NCBI GenBank assembly: GCA_950097015.1 | Contig: CATNEN010000034.1 | Span: 4,278,001 to 4,342,000 of the forward strand | DNA: 64,000 bases | From: Macrostomum hystrix | Lineage: Eukaryota > Animalia > Platyhelminthes | Direction: 5' to 3' | Part shown: piece by piece, positions 23,801-36,544 of the stretch | Layout of the letters: every line of letters begins with the position of its first letter | How positions within the stretch are numbered: position 1 is the first letter of the stretch | The notes under the pieces: generated by a model | Told to the model about the DNA's origin: nothing | What the model saw: only the letters and a program-made list of their open reading frames with translations | Databases searched by the model: none | Position numbers and translations under genes: made by a program

Positions 23801-26800
23801 AGTTTGGCCAGATTGACAGGTATGCAGACTAGGCCAACTAGCAGGTCAGATCCAGCCAGGCTAATCATGAGGCTTGAGACCCGGCGGCGGAGGTTCTTAT
23901 ACCTCAGGCTGTAGTAGAGCACCAGGCCATTCAGCACGGTGATTAGCAGTACAATGATAATGCTGAGAGTCAGCAAGGCGATTCGATAACTGCTCATTGG
24001 CTGATAGGCGTTAAGGGACTCCGCCACAATGTCGCCGAGTCGTTCACGATCTGGCACCAGTTTTGCGCGCTGTTGAAGAGAAAATGGAGCGGTGGCACAC
24101 CAGGGTTAGTTGGGATAATTTACTAACTTTAGGGATAATCTACTAATTTTGGGGATAATCTACTAACTTTAGGGATAATCTACTAATTTTGGGGATAATC
24201 TACTAACTTTGGGGATAATCTACTAACTTTGGGGATAATCTACTAACTTTGGGGATAATCTACTAACGTTGGGGATAATCTACTAACTTTGGGGATAATC
24301 TACTAACTTTGGGGATAATCTACTAACTTTGGGGATAATCTACTAACTTTGGGGATAATCTACTAACTTTGGGGATAATTTACTATAGTTTAGGGGATAA
24401 TTTACTTACTTTGGGTATATTAAACTAAGGAAATAATAAAAATGTGTCTCGACTAATTTCTTTGCTCTTTTAACAGAGGAAGGCGGGATGTTAATCTTCA
24501 GTGTTTTCTCAAATCTATCATATCTATCTTATCAGTAGACATCAATCTACTGAAGGTCTGACTTAATTTGAAGAAATTCGGCCTAAAACTCAAGCAAAAT
24601 AAAGCCAGATTCAGGGTTAGGGATGATGCGCGCACTTCAGTTTCGATTTCTTAGAAAGGCTATACTTATCAGCTGCCAAATTGAGCTCTTCAATTTGCAC
24701 TTAAATTGAATTCTCTAAACCCAGATTTTTAAAATGTCATTCGGATAGTAGTTTTATTTCGAGCGTAGAGTTTGAAGAATGAAAGTTCTCACTTTCCTTA
24801 AAAAAACAAAACTATATGATCTTCGACTGCTCTGCGTACAGGAATAGTATTTCGTTATTTTCTTTTGAATTTAATTTTTTGCTGAATTGAAATCGCATGT
24901 GGGCGGGATCCGTGCCCCACCTCCCTAAATTGGGCCGAAGTAAGCGGCCACTTTTGATTCAGCTTAGTTCAGTGAGTTCGATTTGCGTCATGTGACTTGT
25001 GATCATGTGAGCTAATTAAAAAATTCTCAAGTAAGATATGAGATTTAAATTCTAATGAGATTCGAGTGAGATTTGAGTGAGATTTGAGTGAGATTCGAGT
25101 GAGATTCAAGAGAGATTTTAGGGAGATTCGAGTGAGATTCGAGTGAGATTTGAATGAGATTCGAGGGAGATTTTAGGGAGATTCGAGTGAGATTCGAGTG
25201 AGATTTGAATGAGATTCGAGGGAGATTTTAGGGAGATTCGAAGGATATTCGAGTGAGATTCGAGTGAGATTCGAGTGATATTCAATTGAGATTTTAGGGA
25301 GATTAGAGTGAGATTCGAGGGAGATTCGAGTGAGATTCGAGTGATATTCAAGTGAGATTTTAGGTAGATTGGAGTGAGATTTGAGGGAGATTTGAGGGAG
25401 ATTCGAAGGAGATTCAAGTGAGATTTTAGGGAGATTGGAGTGAGATTCAAGTGTGATTTTAGTGAGATTCAAGTGAGATTTGAATGAGATTCGAGTGAGA
25501 TTGGAGTGAGATTCAAGTGAGATTTTAGGGAGATTGGAGTGAGATTCAAGTGTGATTTTAGTGAGATTCGAAGGAGATTCGAGTGAGATTCGAGTGAGAT
25601 TCGAGTGATATTCAATTGAGATTTTAGGGAGATTAGAGTGAGATTCGAGGGAGATTCGAGTGAGATTCGAGTGATATTCAAGTGAGATTTTAGGTAGATT
25701 GGAGTGAGATTTGATGGAGATTTTAGGGAGATTCGAAGGAGATTCGAGTGAGATTCGAAGGAGATTCGAGTGAGATTCGAGTGAGATTGGAGTGAGATTC
25801 AAGTGAGATTTTAGGGAGATTGGAGTGAGATTCAAGTGTGATTTTAGTGAGATTCAAGTGAGATTTGAATGAGATTCGAGTGAGATTGGAGTGAGATTCA
25901 AGTGAGATTTTAGGGAGATTGGAGTGAGATTCAAGTGTGATTTTAGTGAGATTCGAGTGAGATTTGAATGAGATTCGAGTGAGATTTGAGTGAGATTCAA
26001 GAGAGATTTTAGGGAGATTCGAGTGAGATTTGATTGAGATTTTAGTGAGATTCGAAGGAGATTCGAGTGAGATTCGAGTGAGATTCGAGTGATATTCAAT
26101 TGAGATTTTAGGGAGATTGGAGTGAGATTCGAGGGAGATTCGAGTGAGATTCGAGTGATATTCAAGTGAGATTTTAGGTAGATTGGAGTGAGATTTGAGG
26201 GAGATTTTAGGGAGATTCGAAGGAGATTCGAGTGAGATTCGAAGGAGATTCGAGTGAGATTCGAGTGAGATTGGAGTGAGATTCAAGTGAGATTTTAGGG
26301 AGATTGGAGTGAGATTCAAGTGTGATTTTAGTGAGATTCAAGTGAGATTTGAATGAGATTCGAGTGAGATTGGAGTGAGATTCAAGTGAGATTTTAGGGA
26401 GATTGGAGTGAGATTCAAGTGTGATTTTAGTGAGATTCGAGTGAGATTTGAATGAGATTCGAGTGAGATTTGAGTGAGATTCAAGAGAGATTTGAATGAG
26501 ATTCGAGTGAGATTTGAGTGAGATTCAAGAGAGATTTTAGGGAGATTCGAGTGAGATTTGATTGAGATTTGAATGAGATTCGAGTGAGATTTTAGGGAGA
26601 TTCGAGTGAGATTTGATTGAGATTTGAATGAGATTCGAGTGAGATTTTAGGGAGATTGGAGTGAGATTCAATCGAAATCTGAGTGGAATCCTTCCACTAA
26701 GCAAAGGATAAGGATGTGTCCTTGAATCTAAACTAAATGCAAGCACTAGGAAAGTGCAGTACTCAAATTCATATTTGGCTTCTTCAAAACACCAATTCGA

Positions 26801-27688
26801 CAACCGGAACTGATTCCGTTTCCTCTCGCCATTTCCCTATTTTGTAGAAGCTTCTGTTAACTGGTCTTCTGAAATTACCGAACCAGCCCAGTCTATGACT
26901 GCCGATTCAGGTAAGCACAGACAGATGGACTAGAACTGTTTTGTGCTCAAACCGGGTTAGATTTGAGCACTCACCAACCCCACCTGGGTGGGAAGGCAGA
27001 AGAATTCTGGTTTAGGCAATTTTCTTCCAAAACCCTCTTAGTATCTCCGTGTCTGAGTTACGCATGAGTTATCAGGCACCGTGTCTGCGCTAATGAGATT
27101 TTAGTGACCGTACGGACTGACTTACCTGCCTCTGGATCATCGAAAATATTCTTATAACAAGTAATGCAAGGCCAAGCAATAAATTATATAGTCTATTTGA
27201 TTGTCGTAGAAGCACACATATTCCAGATAAGTTTGTTCTCTGCGTTCCGCGAATAATATAATTAGTAAAAAGAATGTCTTCTAACATTATTAAGATGCCA
27301 ATCAAACACTCTAATCGAAAAATTCCCGAATTAACGAATTCTCAAAATAAACGAATTAAAAAAACCAACGAACTCATAAAATAAACGAATTCGTTAAATC
27401 AACGAATTTTCAAATCAACAATGTCAAAAACCAAAAATTTCTTTAAATGTTCGAATTTATAAATCGACGAATTTTCAAAATAAACGAATTGTCAAAGTAA
27501 CGGATTGTCAAAGTAACGGATTGTCAAATAAACAAAGTCTAAAAACAAAAATTTCTTAGCATTTACGACTTTATAAATCAACGAATTCTCAAAATCAACG
27601 AATTCTCAGAGACAACGAACTTCCCAAAATAAACAAATTTGCAAAGTAATTAACTTACCTTCGTTAAGTCTACTGTAACCACCTTCAT
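17868..27688 (-). CDS. Class A (rhodopsin-like) peptide-type GPCR, orphan, ~436 aa; exons 27688-27659, 24069-23742, 18820-17868
   Basis: TM1 (LITVLNGLVL), TM2 (SLAGSDLLVGLVCIP), WLLG..GCK, TM3 joined across the intron (FSVDA|YVMTINSLTLISM), TM4 (W..SAALCSP), TM5, poly-Q ICL3, TM6 (FVVCTLP), TM7 (SPVLY). Total 1311 nt, in frame. First exon MKVVTVDLTK|GTAAGT is inferred from phase (confidence ~0.55). Confidence 0.85.
18853..19240. mobile_element. SINE family 1 copy (+, 18853-19113) followed by an inverted partial copy (19114-19240)
   Basis: Same body motifs; the 5' third reappears in reverse complement. Confidence 0.8.
19735..21966. repeat. 17-bp minisatellite (CTGTCTATGAGCTGTGT)n, class A GPCR intron 2
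   Basis: Visible periodicity. Confidence 0.98.
22655..23720. repeat. 27-bp minisatellite (GGGAACAGGTAACCCTTCTCACCTAGT)n with a 166-bp higher-order unit x3
   Basis: GGTGTCCC landmarks at 23184, 23350 and 23516; array starts ~20 nt from the exon 2 donor. Confidence 0.95.
24108..24405. repeat. 20-bp minisatellite (GGGGATAATCTACTAACTTT)n
   Basis: Visible periodicity. Confidence 0.95.
25052..26668. repeat. 11-bp variant minisatellite (GAGTGAGATTC)n with higher-order blocks
   Basis: Visible periodicity. Confidence 0.95.
27320..27635. repeat. Degenerate AT-rich repeat (AAATAAACGAATT..) beside the putative first GPCR exon
   Basis: Recurrent AACGAAT motif. Confidence 0.7.
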
Positions 27689-27949
27689 GTTGCGCTTGAT
27701 AATTTTCTTTCTTTTTTGTTATGTCTGTTTGCTCTGTTCCACAAGTCCAACTGTTTGTTGCATATCCGCTGACGGTTGAATGAAGGGGTGAATAATACTG
27801 ATAAAGGACAAGCTCACAATTGGACAGATTCTCTCAGCCAATCAGATCGCAAGTCAGGCTAGGCTTACTTACTGTAGATTCGTATTTTCTTGACTTTCTC
27901 TGTCAATTGATCTTAGATCGCTAGTCGATTGGCACCTTTCCTTAAAGAT

Positions 27950-28955
27950 TTCTGTCCCTGTTCACCCTCACCTTCTGCCCCTGTTCACCCTCACCTTCTG
28001 CCCCTGTTCATCCTCTCCTTATGCCCCTGTTCATCCTCACCTTCTGCCCCTGTTCATCCTCACCTTCTGCCCCTGTTCATCCTCACCTTCTGCCCCTGTT
28101 CATCCTCACCTTCTGCCCCTGTTCATCCTCACCTTCTGCCCCTGTTCACCCTCACCTTCTGCCCCTGTTCATCCTCACCTTCTGCCCCTGTTCATCCTCT
28201 CCTTCTGCCCCTGTTCATCCTCACCTTCTGCCCCTGTTCATCCTCTCCTTCTGCCCCTGTTCATCCTCACCTTCTGCCCCTGTTCATCCTCTCCTTCTGC
28301 CCCTGTTCATCCTCTCCTTCTGCCCCTGTTCATCCTCTCCTTCTGCCCCTGTTCATCCTCTCCTTATGCCCCTGTTCATCCTCACCTTCTGCCCCTGTTC
28401 ACCCTCAACTTCTGCCCCTGTTCACCCTCACCTTCTGCCCCTGTTCATCCTCTCCTTCTGCCCCTGTTCACCCTCACCTTCTGCCCCTGTTCATCCTCTC
28501 CTTCTGCCCCTTTTCATCCTCTCCTTCTGCCCCTGTTCATCCTCACCTTCTGCCCCTGTTCATCCTCACCTTCTGCCCCTGTTCATCCTCACCTTCTGCC
28601 CCTGTTCATCCTCACCTTCTGCCCCTGTTCACCCTCACCTTCTGCCCCTGTTCATCCTCACCTTCTGCCCCTGTTCATCCTCTCCTTCTGCCCCTGTTCA
28701 TCCTCACCTTCTGCCCCTGTTCATCCTCACCTTCTGTCCCTGTTCACCCTCACCTTCTACCCCTGTTCACACTCACCTTCTGCCCCTGTTCACCCTCACC
28801 TTCTGCCCCTGTTCATCCTCTCCTTCTGCCCCTGTTCACCCTCGCCTTCTGCCCCTGTTCATCCTCACCTTCTGCCCCTGTTCATCCTCACCTTCTGCCC
28901 CTGTTCACCCTCGCCTTCTGCCCCTGTTCACCCTCACCTTCTGCCAACCTCACCT
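27950..28955. repeat. 23-bp pyrimidine-rich minisatellite (CTGCCCCTGTTCATCCTCACCTT)n
   Basis: Visible periodicity. Confidence 0.96.
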
Positions 28956-29402
28956 TCTGTCCCTCCTCTCCCTCACTCCCTTCCCTCGTTCCTCAAACGA
29001 AATGTTATTTTGAAGTTTTTTTTAACGAGTTCATCCCGGATATATTTTTTAGCTAGTACCTATTGATGAAGCACTGGATTGCATCCTGGAATATATCTGG
29101 CTATTGTTCTCATTCTCTGGCAGAATTTTTTTCTCCTACTCTGGTGCTAGAGCGAAAACACGTGCGTTCAGTTCCGAACTAAGAGCTATATATTGCTCAA
29201 GAGAGTAGACATCAAAGCTAGGCCGCCATTGCTCGTAAATGTTGCGTTTGATAATATTAGCCTTATAACTCGTAGAATGATTTAATTATCATCCACAGCT
29301 GCCTGCTATACTGGTATCAGAATACACGCATTCTAATGCACTATTGAGTGGAAGTGCTTGTCAGAAAGTGTCTTAATGGTTTGAAATATTACATAGGGAC
29401 CA

Positions 29403-30414
29403 AAATGAACAAAATAGCACAGTTTAACAAAATGGCACAGTTTAACAAAATGGCACAGTTTAACAAAATAGCACAGTTTAACAAAATGGCACAGTTTAAC
29501 AAAATGGCACAGTTTAACAAAATGGCACAGTTTAACAAAATGGCACAGTTTAACAAAATGGCACAGTTTAACAAAACGGCACAGTTTAACAAAATGGCAC
29601 AGTTTAACAAAATGGCACAGTTTAACAAAATGGCACAGTTTAACAAAATGGCACAGTTTAACAAAATGGCACAGTTTAACAAAACGGCACAGTTTAACAA
29701 AATGGCACAGTTTAACAAAATGTCACAGTTTAACAAAATGTCACAGTTTAACAAAACGGCACAGTTTAACAAAATGGCACAGTTTAACAAAATGGCACAG
29801 TTTAACAAAATGGCACAGTTTAACAAAATGGCACAGTTTAACAAAATGGCACAGTTTAACAAAATGGCACAGTTTAACAAAATGGCACAGTTTAACAAAA
29901 TGGCACAGTTTAACAAAATGGCACAGTTTAACAAAATAGCACAGTTTAACAAAATGGCACAGTTTAACAAAATGGAACAGTTTAACAAAATGTCACAGTT
30001 TAACAAAATAGCACCGTTTAACAAAATGGCACCGTTTAACAAAATGGCACAGTTTAACAAAATGTCACAGTTTAACAAAATGGCACAGTTTAACAAAATA
30101 GCACAGTTTAACAAAATGGCACAGTTTAACAAATGGCACAGCTTAACAAAATGTCACAGTTTAACAAAATGTCACAGTTTAACAAAATGGCACCGTTTAA
30201 AAAATGTCACAGTTTAACAAAATGGCACAGTTTAACAAATGGCACAGTTTAACAAAATGGCACAGTTTAACAAAATGGCACAGTTTAACAAAATGGCACA
30301 GTTTAACAAAATGGCACAGTTTAACAAAATGGCACAGTTTAACAAAATGGCACAGTTTAACAAAATGGCACAGTTTAACATAATGTCACAGTTTAACAAA
30401 ATGGCACAGTTAAC
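29403..30414. repeat. 18-bp minisatellite (AAAATGGCACAGTTTAAC)n
   Basis: Visible periodicity. Confidence 0.97.
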
Positions 30415-30814
30415 AGTGGCTAATTCTACAAAATGACGGGCAACAGTTAAAGTTATTTAATGTTTCCCACACAGCGAATCCGCAGCATCACACTCTCACT
30501 CCAGCAATCACACATCTCATCATTCTCATCTGAAATCTCATCAGTCTGACTCGATACTGAGGGAGCAAAAATTATCTGCAACGAGAAATCAGAGGAATAA
30601 GCAATTGCCTAGAGGAATATCTTGACCAGCACTGTGCGGTTTGCAATTCATTTTCTTCTTGCTGCTAAAGTCAGTGGATAGCAGCTAGTTCATAGCTAGC
30701 ATGCACTTTCTGTCACTTTCTGGCAATGCGATCCCCAGTGTCTACACTTTGACTCCATCTGACAGATCTCAGTTCGTCTGCTTCACTTTCCCGCCTGCGA
30801 CTAGTATTTTAATT

Positions 30815-31338
30815 TTGTCTGTCTGTCTATCTCTCTCTATATATCTCTCTCTATATATCTCTCCCTATCTATCTCTCCGTTTCTATCGCTCCCTGTTTAT
30901 CTCTCTATGTCTATCTCTCCCTGTCTATCTCTCCCTGTCTATCTCTCCCTGTCTATCTCTCCCTGTCTATCTCTCCCTGTCTATCTCTCCCTGTCTAACT
31001 CTCCCTGTCTATCTCTCTCCCTGTCTATCTATCCCTGTCTAACTCTCCCTGTCAATCTCTCTCCCTGTCTATCTCTCTCCCTGTCTATCTCTCTCTATGT
31101 CTATCTCTCCCTGTCTATCTCTCCCTGTCTATCTCTCTCTATATATCTCTCCCCTATCCATCTCTCCCTTTCTATCGCTCCCTGTTTATCTCTCTATGTC
31201 TATCTCTCCCTGTCTATCTCTCCCTGTCTATCTCTCCCTGTCTATCTCTCCCTGTCTATCTCTCCCTGTCTAACTCTCCCTGTCTATCTCTCCCTGTCTA
31301 ACTCTCCCTGTCTATCTCTCTCCCTGTCTATCTATCCC
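30815..31338. repeat. 14-bp minisatellite (CTGTCTATCTCTCC)n with TC microsatellite
   Basis: Visible periodicity. Confidence 0.92.
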
Positions 31339-33073
31339 TGAATAGTTAGAATCGCAGCTAGAATCGCAGCTAGAATCGCAGCTAGAATCGCAGCTAGAAT
31401 CGCAGCTAGAATCGCAGCTAGAATCAAAGCTAGAATCGCAGCTAGAATCGCAGCTAGAATCGCACTAACCGTTGTGACCAGAATCGCAGCAGGAGTCCTG
31501 AAACGAACAAACCGCTGGAAAATAAAATTGATTGTTTGAAACTCCTGCAGGATTCGTAAAATATACATTATCCGAGTGGAAATTTTGGGGCAAAAAAATA
31601 GGAGCAGTTTTTATAGAATCGACAGAAAAGTTGTCAGTTACTTTTTACTAGTACTAGTATATTGTTGCATTTGCAAATTATAATTCACAGGCTGAAAATT
31701 AGCTGAAATTAGAATCGCAGCTAGAATCGCAGCTAGAATCGCAGCTAGAATCGCAGCTAGAATCGCAGCTAGAATCGCAGCTAGAATCGCAGCTAGAATC
31801 AAAGCTAGAATCAAAGCTAGAATCGCAGCTAGAATCGCAGCTAGAATCGCAGCTAGAATCAAAGCTAGAATCGCAGCTAGAATCGCAGCTAGAATCAAAG
31901 CTAGAATCAAAGCTAGAATCGCAGCTAGAATCGCAGCTAGAATCAAAGCTAGAATCGCAGCTAGAATCGCAGCTAGAATCGCAGCTAGAATCAAAGCTAG
32001 AATCGCAGCTGGAATCGCAGCTAGAACCGCAGCTAGAATCAAAGCTAGAATCGCAGCTAGAATCGCAGGTAGAATCAAAGCTAGAATCAAAGCTAGAATC
32101 AAAGCTAGAATCGCACCTGGAATCGCAGCTAGAATCGCAGCTAGAATCGCAGCTAGAATCGCAGCTAGAATCAAAGCTAGAATCAAAGCTAGAATCGCAG
32201 CTAGAATCGCAGCTAGAATCAAAGCTAGAATCAAAGCTAGAATCAAAGCTAGAATCGCAGCTAGAATCGCAGCTAGAATCGCAGCTAGAATCGCAGCTAG
32301 AATCAAAGCTAGAATCAAAGCTAGAATCGCAGCTAGAATCGCAGCTAGAATCAAAGCTAGAATCAAAGCTAGAATCAAAGCTAGAATCGCAGCTAGAATC
32401 GCAGCTAGAATCGCAGCTAGAATCGCAGCTAGAATCAAAGCTAGAATCGCAGCTAGAATCGCAGCTAGAATCGCAGCTAGAATCGCAGCTAGAATCGCAG
32501 CTAGAATCAAAGCTAGAATCAAAGCTAGAATCGCAGCTAGAATCGCAGCTAGAATCGCAGCTAGAATCAAAGCTAGAATCAAAGCTAGAATCGCAGCTAG
32601 AATCGCAGCTAGAATCGCAGCTAGAATCGCAGCTAGAATCGCATCTAGAATCGCAGCTAGAATCGCAGCTAGAATCGCAGCTAGAATCGAGGCTAGAATC
32701 GCAGCTAGAATCGCAGCTAGAATCAAAGCTAGAATCGCAGCTAGAATCGCAGCTAGAATCGCAGCTAGAATCAAAGCTAGAATCGCAGCTAGAATCGCAG
32801 CTAGAATCAAAGCTAGAATCGCAGCTGGAATCGCAGCTAGAACCGCAGCTAGAATCAAAGCTAGAATCGCAGCTAGAATCGCAGGTAGAATCAAAGCTAG
32901 AATCAAAGCTAGAATCAAAGCTAGAATCGCACCTGGAATAGTTAGAATCGCAGCTAGAATCGCAGCTAGAATCGCAGCTAGAATCGCAGCTAGAATCAAA
33001 GCTAGAATCAAAGCTAGAATCGCACCTGGAATAGTTAGAATCGCAGCTAGAATCGCAGCTAGAATCGCAGCTA

Positions 33074-34830
33074 CGAGGGGTGTCCAAAAAGTAGTGATAC
33101 TTTTGCTCGTACAGCCTTACTGCATGCTTGAAAATCAGCAAGTTTGGTGTTGTTGGAAAGCGAAAAATATCAGCTTTAATTTGACTGCAAACATTTAACA
33201 AAAACACAACCTATAACAAAGTTATGAATAGAAACACACAACAAGGTCAGCCATAGAGTTACAATGAATTTATGCATGGTGTAACAGGTCAAGAAGTTTC
33301 GACAGTTAGTATGACTCATCATCATCAGGGAGGGAAGCTTTCTCGACATAATTACCCCCCGATTGCACGCACTTCTCCCAGCGACGAAACAAGTGATCAA
33401 TCGCATCTGCGTAGATCTGTCGCGGAATCACGTGCAAAAGTACTCTGCGGACTTCCTGTTCCAGGTGATCACGGCTGACATGGACACGGCCCCTCAGGTG
33501 GCGCTTCAATTGAGGGAAAAGGGCAAAATCCGCAGGCGCGAGATCTGGCGAATATGGCGGATGAGGCAGAAGGTCAACTTTAGCTTTTTGATGGCCTCCA
33601 TTGTTTGGTGGGCAGTGTGCGGCCGGGCGTTGTCATGATGCAGGATGACTGGCTTGACTCCCGAGCGCCGCTTATTTTGGATGTCTGCCTTCAGGCTTGC
33701 AAGGAGAGACGAATAACGGTCTGCGTTGATCATCGTATTCGGCTCCAGGAAGTCAATGGTGATTGGGCCATTACAGTCAAAGAAAACTGACAGCATGATT
33801 TTCTTACAGTGAGTTTCACGGCGAGCCTTGAGTGGTGGGTCGGAACCCTTAAGTGTCCACACTTTAGACTCTTGCTTTGTCGGCGGGTCAAAATGTGGAC
33901 GCCAGTAACAATCAACTGGCGGAACTGATTCCAGCCACCGCGTTGACTTACCAGATTCAGGTTCCCTTGGCATGTCTGCTGGCGCTGCAGTCGCATATCA
34001 GCAGTGAGGAGCTTTGGGACCCAGCGGGCGCTCAGCTTAACGAAGTTCATATTGGTCAGGCAGAGATGAACCGTTGATCGTGGCGTGTCGAGTCTGTCAG
34101 CAATCTCACGAATTGTCATTCTGCAGTCTTCTTCCAGCAGATCAAGAATCCGGTCAGCCAAAGCCTTTGAGCTTGGTGCAGATGGCCTTCCTGGCCTTGG
34201 CAAGTCAGCCAAATTTGTTCTTCCTGACTCAAATTGCTCGACCCATCTGTACACCGTCATGCGACTTACTGCTTCGGCTCCGTGAATGCTGCACAGATGA
34301 TGGTAAATCTCCTGTCCACTTTTCCCAATACTCCATAGTGTGTGAATTGCGTGTCGCTGTCCTTCCTTTGAGCGCACCTCCATAACTGTCAGTTGAACAG
34401 AATCTGGTCTTGAAAAAGCAAGCACTTGTGAAAGAAAAATGAGCTGGCAGTGCAGAAGCAAGCTGGCAGTGCAAAGAAGGCTTGGCCACAATTTACCACA
34501 GACAAAAAAGCAACCCTCGTACGCTTGTAAAATGCTACCCCAGTATTTATTGGTTTACATTTATTGATTTGTTAAGCTCTAAAGCTTCATGAATCTTTGA
34601 GGCAGATAAAAACTCAACAAAGTCAACCATACAGTATTTTTGTAAGTCTATGAGCAACCCTTGCTCAAATAGACAGTGATAACTTTTTTTAAAAACAACA
34701 TATGAGGATGATTTTTTAGTCAAATTAAGGCTGATATTTTTCGCTTTCCAACAACACCAAACTTGCTGATTTTCAAGCATGCAGTAAGGCTATACGAGCA
34801 AAAGTATCACTACTTTTTGGACACCCCTCG
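33074..34830 (-). mobile_element. Tc1/mariner DNA transposon (DD34D, CGAGGGG-type ends), 1757 bp, defective transposase
   Basis: 113-bp TIRs at 33074-33186 and 34718-34830 (2 mismatches); TA duplication at 33072-33073 and 34831-34832. Transposase motifs HTH, GRP, WVPKLL, HHDNARPH, HPPYSPDLAPAD, RWEKCV..G.YVE lie in three frames. Confidence 0.95.
33306..34383 (-). pseudogene. Mariner transposase pseudogene (MEVRSKEGQRH...) with two frameshifts
   Basis: A small deletion near 33895 removes the DExW segment holding the first catalytic Asp (IVTG|VH). An apparent 1-nt deletion near 33575 precedes LPHPPYSPDL. Restoring it gives 34 residues between the HDN Asp and the APAD Asp. Confidence 0.9.
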
Positions 34831-36544
34831 TAGAATCGCAGCTAGAATCGCAGCTAGAATCGCAGCTAGAATCAAAGCTAGAATCGCAGCTAGAATCGCA
34901 GCTAGAATCGCACTAACCGTTGTGACCAGAATCGCAGCAGGAGTCCTGAAACGAACAAACCGCTGGAAAATAAAATTGATTGTTTGAAACTCCTGCAGGA
35001 TTCGTAAAATATACATTATCCGAGTGGAAATTTTGGGGCAAAAAAATAGGAGCAGTTTTTATAGAATCGACAGAAAAGTTGTCAGTTACTTTTTACTAGT
35101 ACTAGTATATTGTTGCATTTGCAAATTATAATTCACAGGCTGAAAATTAGCTGAAATTAGAATCGCAGCTAGAATCGCAGCTAGAATCGCAGCTAGAATC
35201 GCAGCTAGAATCGCAGCTAGAATCGCAGCTAGAATCGCAGCTAGAATCAAAGCTAGAATCAAAGCTAGAATCGCAGCTAGAATCGCAGCTAGAATCGCAG
35301 CTAGAATCAAAGCTAGAATCGCAGCTAGAATCGCAGCTAGAATCGCAGCTAGAATCGCAGCTAGAATCGCATCTAGAATCGCAGCTAGAATCGCAGCTAG
35401 AATCGCAGCTAGAATCGAGGCTAGAATCGCAGCTAGAATCGCAGCTAGAATCAAAGCTAGAATCGCAGCTAGAATCGCAGCTAGAATCGCAGCTAGAATC
35501 AAAGCTAGAATCGCAGCTAGAATCGCAGCTAGAATCAAAGCTAGAATCGCAGCTGGAATCGCAGCTAGAACCGCAGCTAGAATCAAAGCTAGAATCGCAG
35601 CTAGAATCGCAGGTAGAATCAAAGCTAGAATCAAAGCTAGAATCAAAGCTAGAATCGCACCTGGAATAGTTAGAATCGCAGCTAGAATCGCAGCTAGAAT
35701 CGCAGCTAGAATCGCAGCTAGAATCAAAGCTAGAATCAAAGCTAGAATCGCACCTGGAATAGTTAGAATCGCAGCTAGAATCGCAGCTAGAATCGCAGCT
35801 AGAATCGCAGCTAGAATCGCAGCTAGAATCGCAGCTAGAATCAAAGCTAGAATCGCAGCTAGAATCGCAGCTAGAATCGCACTAACCGTTGTGACCAGAA
35901 TCGCAGCAGGAGTCCTGAAACGAACAAACCGCTGGAAAATAAAATTGATTGTTTGAAACTCCTGCAGGATTCGTAAAATATACATTATCCGAGTGGAAAT
36001 TTTGGGGCAAAAAAATAGGAGCAGTTTTTATAGAATCGACAGAAAAGTTGTCAGTTACTTTTTACTAGTACTAGTATATTGTTGCATTTGCAAATTATAA
36101 TTCACAGGCTGAAAATTAGATTTCTTCTCAGCTACGCTGAATCCTATGTACTCGTAATCTTGCTTTGCCCATTCTGATACCCAATGCACACTTTGAGCTG
36201 GTCCTTCATGTTTGCCAATTAGGTTTTACAACTTTTGGGATGAAAAACACAACACTAATATTATTTATGCATAGACTTGATCAAAATCAACTTGTTAGTT
36301 GTTTTTAATTTAGTAGTTGGAGTCTTGTCATGCTACTGAAAAGTAGAGTAACTAAAAAAATTCTTGTTACCTATTCTGTTTCTAGCTGAAAAGGCAGGGC
36401 GCAAATATGCTCGTATGCTTCACTAATCCTAGTACGTTAACATTTTTTGTTTTCAAATCACAATATTACTGCACTGTTTAAAGTCAGGAAATTATTAAGA
36501 AACAAACTTGCTATACTTGTATTCAAAGAATCTGCCTAGAAATG

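Larger units (their letters stand above)
31341..36119. repeat. Compound repeat: 12-bp arrays (AGAATCGCAGCT / AGAATCAAAGCT) alternating with three copies of a ~236-bp non-repetitive block (~31465-31700, ~34913-35148, ~35883-36118)
   Basis: The three blocks look identical by eye; the mariner interrupts the array before copy 2. Confidence 0.93.

Noticed and set aside
24108-26668. TTAGGG hexamers suggesting interstitial telomere
   Set aside because: Isolated hexamers within 11- and 20-bp unit variants, never tandem.
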